Of a stretch of 64,000 bases of DNA, positions 1 through 12,932 are shown piece after piece. Numbering within the stretch: the first letter of the stretch is position 1; each line of letters starts with the position of its first letter. This stretch comes from Psammoneis japonica (taxonomy: Eukaryota): contig QPGO01000217.1 in NCBI GenBank assembly GCA_008632985.1, forward strand, positions 1-64,000. Direction: 5' to 3'. The notes beneath the pieces were generated by a model. That model had not been told where the DNA came from. It did not search any database and was given only the letters and a program-made list of their open reading frames with translations. A program made the position numbers and the translations under genes.

Positions 1-1399
1 CGAATCTTGGATCTCTGATTGAATCGTGGAGGTCCGATGTTGTTGTAAAAACATGCAAATGTGAACATTGTCACAATCATCATGCCAACAAAGACCACAA
101 CGGCCGACAACAACATGGGGCACACTCCTTGCTGCATTGAGAACTTTGTGTTGTCATTGTGAATGATGATTCGGCATGGGTTCAGGGTCATGGTCCAAGC
201 ACTGCAGCAAAAGGCCTTGCATTGGTTGGATCGAAACGCCACCTTGGTTTGTGTTCTTGTGTGCTGCATTTCACGTTTCACTCCGAGCTGTTTCTCTTTG
301 CGGTCGACGCAAGGGCGGCGCCGCACAAAGCAGCGCACCGCACGCAACTGACATGCATCCATCGAGGGACTGGCAGTTGTCTTGGTGCTCTGGTTTGCTC
401 CAGGTTTGCAAATTGGAAAAGGGGCATCTTATGCAGTCACCCCACCAGCATGCATCTTGTCTCAGTGAGAAGCAGATGGGTGGCACCACAGTTTTAAAAC
501 TGATTGCACACAACAGCCAGCCCTCCTGCCTGCTGCTGATGCAAAACAAATCTCCGTGCAGAGGTTAGACTCCTCAACAAAACTCAAGGGGACCCACAAC
601 TTTCTCATTGGTGGAAGGCAAGAGTGCCTACAGACCTGCACATTGGTTTGCTTGTGCGGTCACTTGTTGCTTTAACAATTGGCAAAATTGAGTGTGTGTG
701 AAATCCTCTGTGATGACGCACACACACGTGTGTGTGTGCCTCTGGGTTGTTGTTCAAAGTTGTCTGGATGGCTGCAAGAGGGACGAATGGTTGCAGGCAG
801 GAGACAAAAAACATGGTTTCTTGGAGGCCACGTGTGGAGTGGCCTTGATCTCACAAACCAAAACAGAGCAAGCATGATGAAGGAATTGATCTTTCACAAG
901 TTTGTTGCACCAAGGTTGATGGCCAACTCATCACACAACATGTCAAAAGCACACACAGCCCGTTGGGACAACAGCATTGTTGGGTTTGTTTGCAAGAGGC
1001 GGTTCATTGACAGGGGGGGTGTTCAGGTGCTGCCAAGGTGTGGATGTTGTGACCAGCTTTGATGCTCAAGTGTGACCCTCATGGTGTGCTGTCTTGCCAA
1101 AACGAGTGGCAAAAAGGCCCGGCAGGCTGGTCATTGTGCCGGACCCAGATGTGGTCAAAGAGGTGCTTTTGGCCACTTGGCACAATGTCTTCAACTGTGG
1201 ATGGCAAAAACACAAAAGTCACTGTTTGGTCACAATTGCAACCCTTGTTTTGCATCTTTGACTTGCTGATGGGTGTCTTTGCTTTCACACACATGTGCAG
1301 GCCATGTGAGGTCAGTGCAGGCTGACAAGACATTCATGATGATGTCTTGGTCATTTGGTGGGCAGTGCTGTCCACTTGTCTGGGTCTCATGCTCACTGC

Positions 1400-1674
1400 T
1401 GACAGAAATTGAAGGCAAATGGCAAGAATTCAAACAACAACTCCTCACTGCTGTCTAAATGGCAGATGAGTCTCTGCTCAGAGACCGTCACAGGAGCCAA
1501 AAGACGTGTGAGTCGGTACAATCAGGCTGCTGTCATCATTCTGTGAGCCTTGTGGCTCGAAAGCAAACCACATCGCGCGCGAACGCGCGGAACTGAAGCA
1601 CACAAAACTGTGCGCGGTGAACTGAACAGCACGCAACATTTTGCGCGCACCCAAATCCTGTTCAAATCCTGTCA
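1400..1674 (-). repeat. 3' LTR (275 bp)
   Basis: TGACAG...CTGTCA termini; aligns end to end with 4486-4769. Confidence 0.95.
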
Positions 1675-2375
1675 CTCCCCAGTTTGCTTGAGGGGTCACA
1701 GAAACAGATTCGACTTCGGATTGACTGAAGAACTTTGGAGTCAAAGCACCAAAACATGAGGAGACAAGAAAGGATCAAGATCCTGGAGCAACGTTGCATT
1801 CTCCAAGTGGGTCATCTTGAGATGAGCTGCGTCTCCCCAATTGCAGATGCCATTGTGCTTTTCAAAGCTCAAGGCACACTTGGATCTTGTGGGATTCCAC
1901 ATCCGCACTTGCAATGGAAGGAGCAAAGCTTGGTCTGGTTGACAATGTTGAAGGGCGGGACAACATCACAGGACAATGCAAACAAGTTGAAATCGCCCTC
2001 ACTTCCTGAGCAAAGGTCGTAAAGACTGACAGCCGTCTGTTGGTTCTTGGAACGGTTGCCACACTGGGCTGCTGCTAGAAAAACAGAGCAATGCTCGAGC
2101 AGGGTGGCATGGCGGTTGCACAACTCGGGGAACAGAGCAAGCATGAGTTCAAAGGCACAAGCAGCGGTCTTGTGTTCCACCAATCTGACTGCAAACTCAG
2201 CTGCATCTCCTGAGAGACTGATCCAATTGGACAAACGAGTCTCAAGGTGCAAGCCTTCGGGGATCGGATTGGAGCAAGATGTCTTGTGGTGCAAGACTGC
2301 AGATGTCTGGTTGGGGCAACCAGCCCCGTGCTGCAAGACTTCTGGAATCCAAAAGGACTTGCCAGTCTTGTGACA

Positions 2376-2765
2376 CGAGTCTTCGGGGATCTAATCAGGA
2401 GGCCAAGTCTTGAGGTGCGAGACTTGGGGGATCCAATCAGGAGGCCGAGTCTCATGGCGCAAGACTTGAGGGATCCAACCAGGAGGCCTGGTCTCGAGGT
2501 GCGAGACTCGGGGGATCCAACCAGGAGGCCCAGTCTCGAGGCACGAGACTTGAGGCATCCAATCAGGAGGCCTGGTCTCGGGGTGCGAGACTTGGGGCAT
2601 CCAATCAGGAGGCCCAGTCTTGAGGTGCAAGACTTGGGGCATCCAATCAGGAGGCCCAGTCTCGAGGTACGAGACTTGAGGCATCCGATCAGGAGGCCCA
2701 GTCTCGAGGTGCGGTGCAGGGAGGATCCGAGGCCTGGTCTCAAGGTGCAAGACTTGGAGGATCCA
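2376..2765. repeat. 42-bp tandem array (~9 units) inside the LTR element
   Basis: Unit approximately gagacttggggcatccaatcaggaggcccagtctcgaggtgc; appears as 14-aa repeats in several ORF-track frames. Confidence 0.92.
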
Positions 2766-3530
2766 AAGACAACGAAGCTGCTTGGATGTCCTGAACTCCT
2801 CATCTGATGAACTGGTTGAACTGTTGTGAACAGATTCAATGATGGGAAAAGGAGGCTCCCCATCAGGAGATGCAAGAAGCAAGTTGTCATCTCCATCACT
2901 TCCCAAACGAAGGCTGTGAAGGGTGACAGCGGTCGACACGTGGAGGTTGGCAGCACGTGGTTTGCGGGGTGCAAAGGCTGCAGCTTTGGAAGCCATGGGT
3001 GGAGTGTCCCAACTGGTCTCGAAGTGCGGGCCTGCGCAAGGGTTGCAATCCTGCACTGGGCCGAGGTTGCTTGCAGGCGGGTTGGTCAAGACATGCGGGG
3101 CGCGACTGACACCAGTTCTGGGGGACACCTGAGTGGCGGCACAGTGCAAGGCTGGTGTCAAAATGGCACCGAGTTCACCTGGTTTGGATGGCAAGGGACT
3201 CGGCACAGGTGCGGAGGGTGCTGCGCCAGTGGCTGGAGAGGTCAAGTGGTCCGGACCAAGGCGGCAGTTGCGAAATTCCTCGGGTGTGAGCAACTGGGGT
3301 TCATTGGTCACATCATCACCGTTGCAAACTTTGACAAAGTAGAAGCTGATCAAAGCGGCTAGGAGGTTTCTGTGGGTGCGTGGCAAAGGCACTGCATTGG
3401 CGCCGTCTCTGCAAGCGAGGGTGTCAATTTGGGACAGGGCAGAACAAAGAGGGCTGTCATCGTCTTGATTGAGCACAGTGCCTAGAATGCATTCAAAGCT
3501 TTTGGCTTGTTGCTGTTGCGTGAGAACCAT
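2391..3530 (-). pseudogene. Degenerate CoDi-like gag N-terminal ORF running into the tandem array
   Basis: MVLTQQQQAKSFECILGTVLNQDDDSPLCSALSQ resembles the diatom copia gag start (MV..R....F.HIL..VL....DSPL..AL, recalled from memory); lies between the LTRs in the sense implied by the PPT. Confidence 0.65.
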
Positions 3531-4485
3531 GACGGAGGACGGTGCAGCAGAAACAAAAGACAGGAACCAATCTAGAGCGCGATCTTGGCTCGGAGTTTTG
3601 ACTTGGAACTTGGCTTGAAAAAGACTTGACTTGAGCTAGACTTGACTTGAAATCTTGGACTGTCTTAAAATCAGAAGTCGCCGGGTTGTGCTGTCCCGTT
3701 TGCAGTTGAGTGCCAAACTTCCCATCCGGTCCGTAGAGTTGTGCTGGCACGTCCGAACCCACGGCTGGCGGCGCTTTGGGTTGCTCACAAGCGGAGTGGC
3801 GGGTTGCAAACCCCTGCAGGTGAGCTGACCAGGGGTGGACAAGACCCCCAAACCGTTCTCATTTTACATCGGTTGGATTTCCCGATCAGGCTGGCCAGTT
3901 GATGCAGGCGTTGGGCGCTGTGGACGAAGGAACCAACGCAGAAAAAAAAACACCCTCGCCCCAACGCAGGCTGCAATCACGGCTGCTTGCTCTCACAGTC
4001 ATCCTCATGGACCCAGTGGAACTGCAGAGCACCAGCAGTCTGGGCAGATCAGGCACAATGGACTCGGTGTGCTTGTGGAGTGGTGGCAAAGCCGCAGTCC
4101 AAAGAGTGGGTTCAAGTTCTTGGCCGTGAAGATGTGTGTGTGTGCATGTGTCTTCAGCAACGCAGATCCTTGAATGTGCAGGGTTCTTGACCGTTGACCG
4201 TTGAATGGGTGCATGAAGGGATGAGGATCAAGGATGGACTTGGATGCAACCGATGAATGTGTGTCTCAGCGACAAAAGGCAGGTGGTCAATCCAGATGTC
4301 CAGCGGCAAGGAGACTTGATGGCGACGTTAACTTCCTGCCGATGCCTGGCATTGAATGCGCGCAGACTTGCCGATGTACGTAGAACACACACGGAGGTCC
4401 ACGCAGAATTGAAAAGCGTCATCGGCAAATCAACGACGATGATGGCGGTTGCTCAATGGGTTGACAATGAGCAAGACTGTCAATC

Positions 4486-4769
4486 TGACAGAAATTGAAG
4501 GCAAATGGCAAGAATTCAAACAACAACTCCTCACTGCTGTCTAAATGGCAGATGAGTCTCCGCTCAGAGACCGTTGCAGGAGCCGAAAGACGTGCAAGTC
4601 GGTGCAATCGGGCTAGGGCCCTACTGTCATTATTCTTGTGAGCCTTGTGGCTCGAAAGCAAACTGCATCGCACGCGAACGCGCGGAACTAAAGCACACAA
4701 AACTGTGCGCGGTAAACTGAACAGCGCGCGACATTTTGCGTGCACCTGAATCCTGTTCAAATCCTGTCA
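4486..4769 (-). repeat. 5' LTR (284 bp)
   Basis: TGACAG...CTGTCA termini; aligns with 1400-1674. Confidence 0.95.
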
Positions 4770-6574
4770 ACTGCACTGGATGCTGCATGCTGCCCAGCCC
4801 AAGTGGCAGCAGCAACCAAAAATCAAAGCACAGTGGAAGATTGAGGTGAGGCTCTTCCAGCCAATGAACTGCAAGACAAGATGCCCCCCTGGTGCCTGCC
4901 AATGGAAGTGATGTCAAGAAGTCAAAGGGTGTGGGGCACACCCCTGTGGTGCACAGCCAGAAGCTGCAGCAGCAGCAACAATGCCCAAGCTTTTTGCTGG
5001 TGATGCTGCACTCAACAACAGCACATTGTTGGCAAGGCCATTCTTGCAAGTGCAAAAGTTGTTGTGGAAGCAAGGAAAAGAAAACAGATCAAGGCAGCAC
5101 TTGTCTGTGTGTGTGTGTGTGCAACTTGGCACTTTTTTGTGAAACACCAACAGTGTGGAGATGATGATTTGGCATGGGCTCAGGGTCATGGTCCAAGCTC
5201 TGCAGCAAAAGACCTCGTCAGTTGGATTGAAATGCCATTTTGGTTGCATTGGTTTCACTTTTCACCACTGTGTGAGAGCTGCATTGGCTGTGGGGTGGTT
5301 CTCCACTGTTCTGTTTTTGTTGCTGTCAATGCAAGGGCAGCAGCATCACACAAAGCAGCCATCGTTCTCCACTCTAGAGCAGAGAGCATTGGAACAAAAT
5401 GGGGACTTTGAGTTGTCTTGGTGCTGGTCAACCACTGGCTCGCATCTTGTCTCAGCAAGAAGATGGGTGTGACAGCACTGCAGATCCAAAACTGATTGCA
5501 TGACAGCCCTGATGAAAATCTGGAGGTTTGCCTCACCAGATTCAGGTGAACCCACAACTTTGTCATGTTGGTGAAAGGCAAGAGTGCTTGGGGTCCTGTG
5601 AATTGGGCTGCTTGCATGGTCATTTCTTGCTTCAACAGTTGGCAGAATTGAGTGTGTGTGCTCCTCTGATGTGTGGATTGTTTTTCAAAGCTGGACAAAA
5701 ATTGTTGGACAAACCATGGTCACCTGCAGACACCAAACATGGTTTCTTGGAGGCCAGCACTTGCAGAGAGCAGTCTTGATCTTGCAGACAAAAGCAGAGA
5801 AAGCATCAAGCTGGTGCATCAAGGTTGGCTAATTTGTCACACAACATGTCATGAGCACTGCCAGCTGGGGTGACAACATTGCTGGGTTTGTCTGCAAGAG
5901 GTGGATCATTCTTGGCTGGGGGGTTTCACGTGCCACCAAGGCATGGGTGTCAGCCATGACCAACTTTGATGCTCAAATGTGGCCCTCCTGGTGTGTGGTC
6001 TTGCCAAAAAGAACAATGAAAAGTTGAGGCTGGTCATTGTGCTGGATGCAGTCAAAGAGGTGCTTTTGGCCACTTGGCAATGTCCTCAGCTGTGGGTGGC
6101 AAAAAGACAAAAGGCAGGCTGATGAACCATTTGTGTTGATTTCTTGGTCATTTGGTGGGCAGCATTTTTGTCCACTTGTCTGGCCTCAGGATCCCTGGAC
6201 ACATCATGCTGTCCAGCACAAGCAGCAGCAGCAGCCAAAAATCAAATCGCATGCTGAAAGATTGAGGCAAGGTTCCGCCGCAGCCAATGAACACCAAGAC
6301 AAGATGCCCCCCTCGTGCCCACAAATGGAAGTGAAGACAAAGAATGCAGCACTCTTGCACACACTTGCACACACTGCCCTCCTCAGCCAAGTGCATTGTC
6401 AGCCACTTCATTGCTCTAGAAGGAAAATGCACATCCCACCTCCCCACCAATGATGGTGCTGCCATCAAGATCCAGCAACCACATGTTGGCCAAAACTCTG
6501 TCACTTTTGACATCCTGCTGCTCCACATCATTTCATCCATTTCCTCTCTAGACCCAAGTGAATGTTGAAAGTTT

Positions 6575-7940
6575 AAGGATCTGACATGCCCACATCAACA
6601 AATGGCACAAAAAGACTTGTGCTTTGCAGAACATTGGTCCAAATGGGCCACTGTGACCACTGCAAGCTCTTGCAGTCACTCACAGGCCTTTGGACATGGC
6701 GGGGCGATTTTAGGGAAAAAGATGGCAACCCTGCAGCAGGGCCCCACATTGTGTGACACTGCACATGAGCAATGCAGTGCTTGGGCCATGGGTGCACATG
6801 CTCTTGACTGCTGCACAGAGAGTCTGTGTGGCACGATCACAGGACCCCCCCCAATGCCCCACTGCATCCAAAGCCCTGGTCACTGACATCAACACTGACA
6901 AAATGGCAGGCAAAATGAAAATGCAAGTGGAACAAAAGCACACACAATTGGGAATCACCAGGACACCTGTCACAGCACACTTGCCTGGCCACCTTGCAGA
7001 GGCAGCTCTGAGTCACCCTGCTGAGTTTCATGGTCTCAAAAGTGTTGCCAGCAGTTTGTGGCATCTGCACATCCAAGAGGAGGTGAGGAGTCCGGCAAAA
7101 CAACCCCCCTTCTCTCTGTCTCACCCAGCACAAAGCCCAGACTCACAGCTGCACTGCCAAGATGTGACATCTTCCAAAATGAGGTGTGTGACATCATGTC
7201 TCAGATGGCAAAGACAGTGTGGTTGCATTGCGGGAAGAAAGGGTTGGTGAAGACCAGATGCCACCAGTGTGCATGAACAAGGCAACACACAATGAACACT
7301 TGCAAGGCATGCAAGCTTCATCAAAATGGCCCCAAAACTCAATCAGTCACAGCGTGCTTTATTTTGCTCATGCACAGTGCTGTCAGAAATTGGGGTGGCA
7401 AAAAAAATGACGTGCCATCATTGTGCACTGACCAAGACCCCCCAAAAAGACACTGAGTGCATCACAAATCCATCTTGTTCAAATTGGGTGCACCAGTGGA
7501 TGCAAAGTGGAGAGAAGCACAAGGCTCTCTCAAACGGATGTGCTGTGGTGGTGCAAGTGTGCAAATGCCATCAAAAAGACACCAATGTTGCAGACACAAT
7601 GACCGGCTGCACCAGATGATTGACTTTGCAGGGTGCAACAAAAAGCCACAATGATCTTTGGCAAATGGGAAAAGGATGCCAAACAAGAAAACATGGAAAG
7701 AACTTGCCACAGCAATGTTGTTGACCATTCAGATGTCACCCGGACAGCACAGCAATTGAGTCACAAGTCAACAAGGCACAGAGCTGTTTGTGCTGTGTGT
7801 GGCAACCAAAGCCCCCCCCAGGAAACCAAACCCATGCACCAACCTCTTCACTTGTGGCAACAACAGAAAAAGAACCTGCATGAAAAATGCATTGGCTCCA
7901 TGATGTTTGCCATGTCAAAATGCGTCAAAGTGCAGTGTGC
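6575..7940 (-). mobile_element. Degenerate dispersed repeat, copy of 28239-29450; probable CRE-like non-LTR retrotransposon fragment
   Basis: Colinear shared blocks with 28239-29450: aaggatctgacat, aaatgcaagtg, ggcagctctgagt, cagcacaaagcccagactc, tgcaacaaaaagc...atgatctttggc, ccaggaaaccaaa, gtcaaagtgcag. The family is inferred only from the adjacent motif in the other copy. Confidence 0.55.
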
Positions 7941-7999
7941 CATTTTCCATGCCAAATCAGGAATGTTTGGGTCCAATTGACTTGTTCAATCACTGTGCA

Positions 8000-9112
8000 A
8001 TCCAAGGTCTGATGATTCTCCAACACATCCAGCAACAAGACTTTGCAATGGTCCCAGCTTGTCGTGCTGGCTGAGTGCTCCTCAGCTGTTTCAAGGAAGA
8101 TGAATGCTGGCCTCGTGCTGCTTGTCACAATCCGTTTTGCCAAAACAAGACTTTTGTTTTGGCCAGCTGCCATTTGGCCCCTCTTTCAAATGTCTCCACC
8201 ACCAGTGCCACCAACAAACAGAAGCTTGCCCATTGCACAAATGTTTCTGCAACATGCGAGACAAACATTCTTTTGCCATTGGACAACACAGACACTGGCG
8301 CCCTGTCTGTCCATCTTGCATGTTTACAATCAGGGACTGCAGCACATTGCAAAGCCTCCCATGCAGATGCAGATCCGATGCTGTGTGCTCTTGCAACTCC
8401 AGAATGTCTTTCATCTGTCTCCAGCCCTCATTCTGACCAAACTTGTCCACATGGAGTGCAAGAACATGAGCTCAGAGTTTTTGCATGCTGCAGCCCTTTG
8501 GATGATTTGGCTCAAGCTGTTTTGCCAACTCCATCATTTTGACAGCATGTGGCAGATGCATCCCAAGGTCCCTGCATTTCTGGTGACATCAAAGTCCACA
8601 TGTTGCCAGCTGCCGGCATGAGTTTTTGTTCTCAAGCACATGTTTCAAAGCTGGAGGTGCAGCTGATGAATTGAAAACACCCATTTTTCAGTCAAGTCAA
8701 GAACCACAACTTTGTCACACAACTCACCAGGGAAGCAAATCTGAGTTGCTTTTGTCATTGGTCTTGTTTCATCCAGATTGCACTCCAAGTTGAGACCACA
8801 AATGGCCTCACTGTCAAGATTGGAAACCTTGTTGGCCATGCTGAGGGCCCAGTTCTTGACCTCAGTTTTGGTTGAGAACACAACAAACTTGTCTTTTGCC
8901 AAAGCGGCCCAAAAAAGCCCATCTTGAGACTTGCACTGCCATGGCTTTATGTTCTTGTGCAGTTCTTGAAACACATTGGGCCACAAACTGTGGTCTCCAC
9001 CACCATTGCCTTCAGCCCTTTTCAGCTCAGCAGCCCTGCTCTTGGTTTGTGCAGTTTGGCAGAGTGCAAAATGTGGCCTGAGCTCATCATTTGATTTTGT
9101 GTGGGAAAACAA
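8000..9112 (-). pseudogene. Degenerate transposon-associated ORF remnant with a possible DEDD 3'-5' exonuclease ExoI-like motif
   Basis: ICGLNLECNLDETRPMTKATQICFP resembles VGLDxEW...xxxQL; KVLLLDVLE downstream. Heavily mutated; motif similarity only. Confidence 0.3.
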
Positions 9113-12100
9113 TTAAAGTTGACCTTGCCCTCATTTGACAGGGAATCACACATTGAGAGGAACTTTTTTCTTGCTTGCTTTGATGCTGGCACCATTTTGG
9201 CAAACTCAAATGAATGGTTGCTGCTCTCTGAGTTGTCAGGGTTCAAATGGAAGCTTTCCTGAAAATGTGACTCACAAATGTTCACAACTTGGCAAGGGAA
9301 ATTGTAAAGCCACAACAGCGTCAGTGCAGCGCAGCATGTTTTTTAAAATGTCAAGCTGCAACAAGAGATGCACCTGCAGAAACACCTTTTCAGGAGACAT
9401 GGACGGTTTCAACAGCACACCATTGCACTCATGCCAGCAGACTGAAACAAAAAAAGCTGCAGGACAAAATCACCATCTGACGCAAGAGCTTTTTGGCCTG
9501 CCACCTTGTCAGAAAGCATGTCATCCCCTTCCTCCTGGCCTCATGGTGCCATCTCATTTCTCGCCATTTCTGCAGCTGCCCTGAGATTTTCCAAGGCCTG
9601 AATTTGCTTTTCCTCTTTGCTTTTTTGCTTGCCAATCAATGTTTGCTCCAAAGCCCTGCACCTTTCCCTTGCTCTGGCCACTTGCTGCTCCACTTTGACT
9701 GCTTTCTGATGCTTGATTTCTTGTCTGGCATGTGCTTCCACTGCCATTGCCACCAGCAAATTATTTTGCTTTCATGCCATCTCTTCTTCAAGCATCATGC
9801 TCAGCCCCTGGTGGGGTTCCTTCTTGTCTCCTTTGATGTGAGCCACTCTTCTGTCAGAGCCTTTTCTGCTGCCACCGCTGCCAGTTCTGGTGCCTGTGGT
9901 GATGGGTGCTGTCATGGTGTGTTCATGCCAACATTGCAACACCCAGGTTGCTTTGGCAGCATCCTTTGCATTTGGCCATGTCACACTGCAACCAAGCCTC
10001 AACAACAAAATTTAAAATGGGATTTGCAATGCATGTGAAGCAAGGCACAGGCTTGTTGCTCCTGAGTGGTGGGGCACAAGATCAGATGGCATCTCTTGCT
10101 TTGACCACTGCACAACACAATGTTTGTTGAGGGGATGATCTTTGTGGGTTTCTTCATCAAAGGCTTGAGGATCAAAAGTGAAGCATTCTGTGGAGGGTCA
10201 TCTGGTTGTGCATGAATCCATGCACCAGCATGTCAAAATGTCTGTCATTGTGGCCAGTTGGTTTTGTCTTTGATTGTCAATTGCCTGATGCTGGCATTGC
10301 TCTTGACTGGCATGATGACGACCAATCTTGTGATCCTGCATGTTGACTTGAAAGACGACTTTTCCAAAACAATCTTGTCACCATGTGTTGCTCTCACCAC
10401 ATGGCTTGCATCATTGATTTCTGCTTCATGTGCATCTCCACCTCCCTCTGTTTGCAACATGAACAATGGTGTGCCTCCTTTGCTCCAGTGTCCAGCGGGA
10501 AATGATTGTCCCATGTGTGGCAAACATTTCCTTCCAACTTGTCTTCAACATCACCTCAGAACTCATCTGAGATGCAAACTTGCCTTTTCTCAACACATCT
10601 GTGTTTCAGGCAATGAATCAGCAGGCATTCACAGCAAAGTGGCATCATCAGAGGAGCCCAAAGATCCTCCCATTGAAATGGCTGCAACTGGGAACAGTTT
10701 GTCTCACTCAAATGTTGCACCTGCTCCACAAGTTCACTTGCAACACAACCCTTGGCCATTGAAATCCAATCATGCTGTGGCACTGGTGCAACAGTCATGT
10801 TTTCCCCTTGAGACACCACCATTTGGCCAGGCACCAACAATGTTCCAGAGTGTGCGTTCCCAGACAACAATGGATCGGTGGTTTCTGAAACATTTGGTGA
10901 CAGCAGGTCTCTTCTTGTTTCTGACATGTTTGCCACTGATGTCAACTCAGGTTCTTTTGTTGTGCTGGATTGAATTGAGCCCCATTTTGCTGATGATGAT
11001 CTTGTTGTCTGTCTAATCTTGACATTCCTTTTGAGTTGCTGTTGTCTCAGGTCCTCTCCTCTGGCAAACAGTTTCAGGTTGACAGGAGTTTGGTCGATGA
11101 GAGAAACAGAGGGAGTGATGGCAGCATTTCACCACAACAGATGCATGGCAAAACTGATGTGCTGTTGTCAGGTGCAGCTTTCTCCACTTGCTCAGCTTGG
11201 GCAACCACCATGTTGATGCAGTCCACAGGACACGGTGGCAACAGGCACAGCTCTCAACCGGCTGGCGCAGCAGTCACTGCTCAGGGAGCAACAACACCAG
11301 CCATCCTCTTCATCTGTGTCATCGGATCAAACTGGAAGCAAAAACTGTGGCCATGCCACTGCTGAATCAAGCTTGACAAGCATGAGCAGTTCCACCTCTG
11401 CACAGCTGGGAACTCAGAAAAAGAAACACAGAAGCCATGGCAGTCATCTTGGAGTGCAAGTTTTTGATGGTGCAATCTGAATCACAGCTTTTTGAATCCA
11501 TGCTTTGCATCTGGAATGGTGACAAAAAATTGTGGATCTCTCAGCCCTTCCTGTTTCTGGTTGTCAAAAGAGAAGGATCCCAACCCGGCTCATGAGATCC
11601 CACTGCAGCCTTGGTTGCACCATGCAGGCAGAAGGTGGAGTGGACCCAACTGATTGCAGGGTCAACAGGAAGGCCACTTTTGTCATTTTGTCATTGCAAA
11701 TGATGTGAAGTGAGCTGCCATCACAATTTTCTGGGACCGTTCTTGTTCTTGTGTTTGCCACAGCAGGTGAAATTGATTGGGGATGAGCAAAACATGCGGG
11801 GGGGGGGCAACAACAAAACACGCACAAAAACAACACACAGGAAAACTTGCATGACAGTTGTCACTGATGTGCAAATGGCAAGTGCAACTGCAACAGGAGA
11901 CATCAAAGAAAATGCTTCTAGTGTGGAGAGATGACAGATGGCCATTTTCAATGAATCTCATGGTCTTTTGACTGGGTTGGATGGGCAAAAACAAAAGATC
12001 GTCATCATTTCTGTCTGTCTGCAGTTCATCTGTTGGAATGATGCCGGCAGATGCAACTTAGACAGATGCTCAAGACCCATCACACTTGTGGTGGAAGCCA

Positions 12101-12932
12101 GGTGGAGGGGTGCAATTTTGGGGTGTAAAAACACGCGTCCCTTAAAAAACATTGCAGCCAACAAATCTGGCACCAGACAGAGACATGCATTTTGTGTCAT
12201 TGACCACTCAGTGGTTGGTGATTGCAGACTTTTTCATGTTGGTTTGTCAGTTTGTTGCCATTTGAAAGTGTGTCCCTTGGATTTTGGAATGGCATGGGCT
12301 CTTTAGTGTGCAAGTGAATCACTCGAATTTGTGGAATGATCATTGAGGACATTGTGGTTCATGGGGACTTCCTAAAAAATTGACAAATTCTCTGCGATGG
12401 GTGCGTGGAACTGTTTTTCAGTGGAGCTCGAAAATGCTGTAAAAGATGCATTCCAGCTCTGGGTGGGACCGCACACTGTGATGCTGAACTCATGGATGCA
12501 CCAAACTGTGACATCGACAGTTTTTTGGATCGTGCCACATGTCGTGCACGTGGAAAGGTGTGTGACTTTTGTGAAAATGTGTGTCATTTTGTGGCACACT
12601 CATTGAGCAATCTGTCCAACAGCTTTTGACATTTTTTGTTGCAGCACAACAGAATTGTGCAGGGCAGGCACATTGTTTGCAAAAATGTTGAGTGGTGAGA
12701 GGCACAATTGCACCTCAAACTTGGCAGTTTGTTTGATGTTGAAGACAAACATGTCCATTGATTTGCTCACACTGCGGAGCTGGCACGCAAAATTCCAGCG
12801 ATTTGATGTGCGCAAGGTTGCAGCGGAGCCGCCAAATGCCATGGTGTTTTGATGCAGTCTCATGAATGTTTCTTGCCATGACTTCCAGCTTGTGTCAACA
12901 ATTGATTTGCGATTTACAGTCATCCAATTTCA

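Larger units (their letters stand above)
1400..4769 (-). mobile_element. Non-autonomous, degenerate Ty1/copia (CoDi-like) LTR retrotransposon
   Basis: Two TG...CA LTRs (1400-1674, 4486-4769). 5-bp TSD ACTGC at 1395-1399 and 4770-4774. PPT-like GGGGAG on the minus strand abuts the 3' LTR (1675-1680). Gag-like ORF on the minus strand; no recognisable pol. Confidence 0.9.
110..6340. repeat. Old degenerate tandem duplication (unit 1 ~110-1399 plus 4775-4920; unit 2 ~4930-6340), unit 1 interrupted by the LTR element
   Basis: Matching blocks: gatgattcggcatgggttcagggtcatggtccaagc (~165) vs gatgatttggcatgggctcagggtcatggtccaagc (~5163); tcttggtcatttggtgggcag (~1345 vs ~6142); aaaaatcaaa...caagacaagatgccccc (~4818-4889 vs ~6237-6312). 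Boundaries approximate. Confidence 0.75.

Noticed and set aside
2376..2765. CRISPR-like array (also the 21-bp units at 30509-30582)
   Set aside because: The units are head-to-tail with no unique spacers, there are no cas genes, and the context is a eukaryotic TE.
159..12900. Dense overlapping Cys/His/Gln/Trp-rich ORFs in all six frames (also 27.5-30.3, 48.6-53.1 and 63-64 kb)
   Set aside because: An artefact of TpA loss: TAA/TAG stops and Tyr codons are erased, so random frames stay open. There is no coherent domain content.
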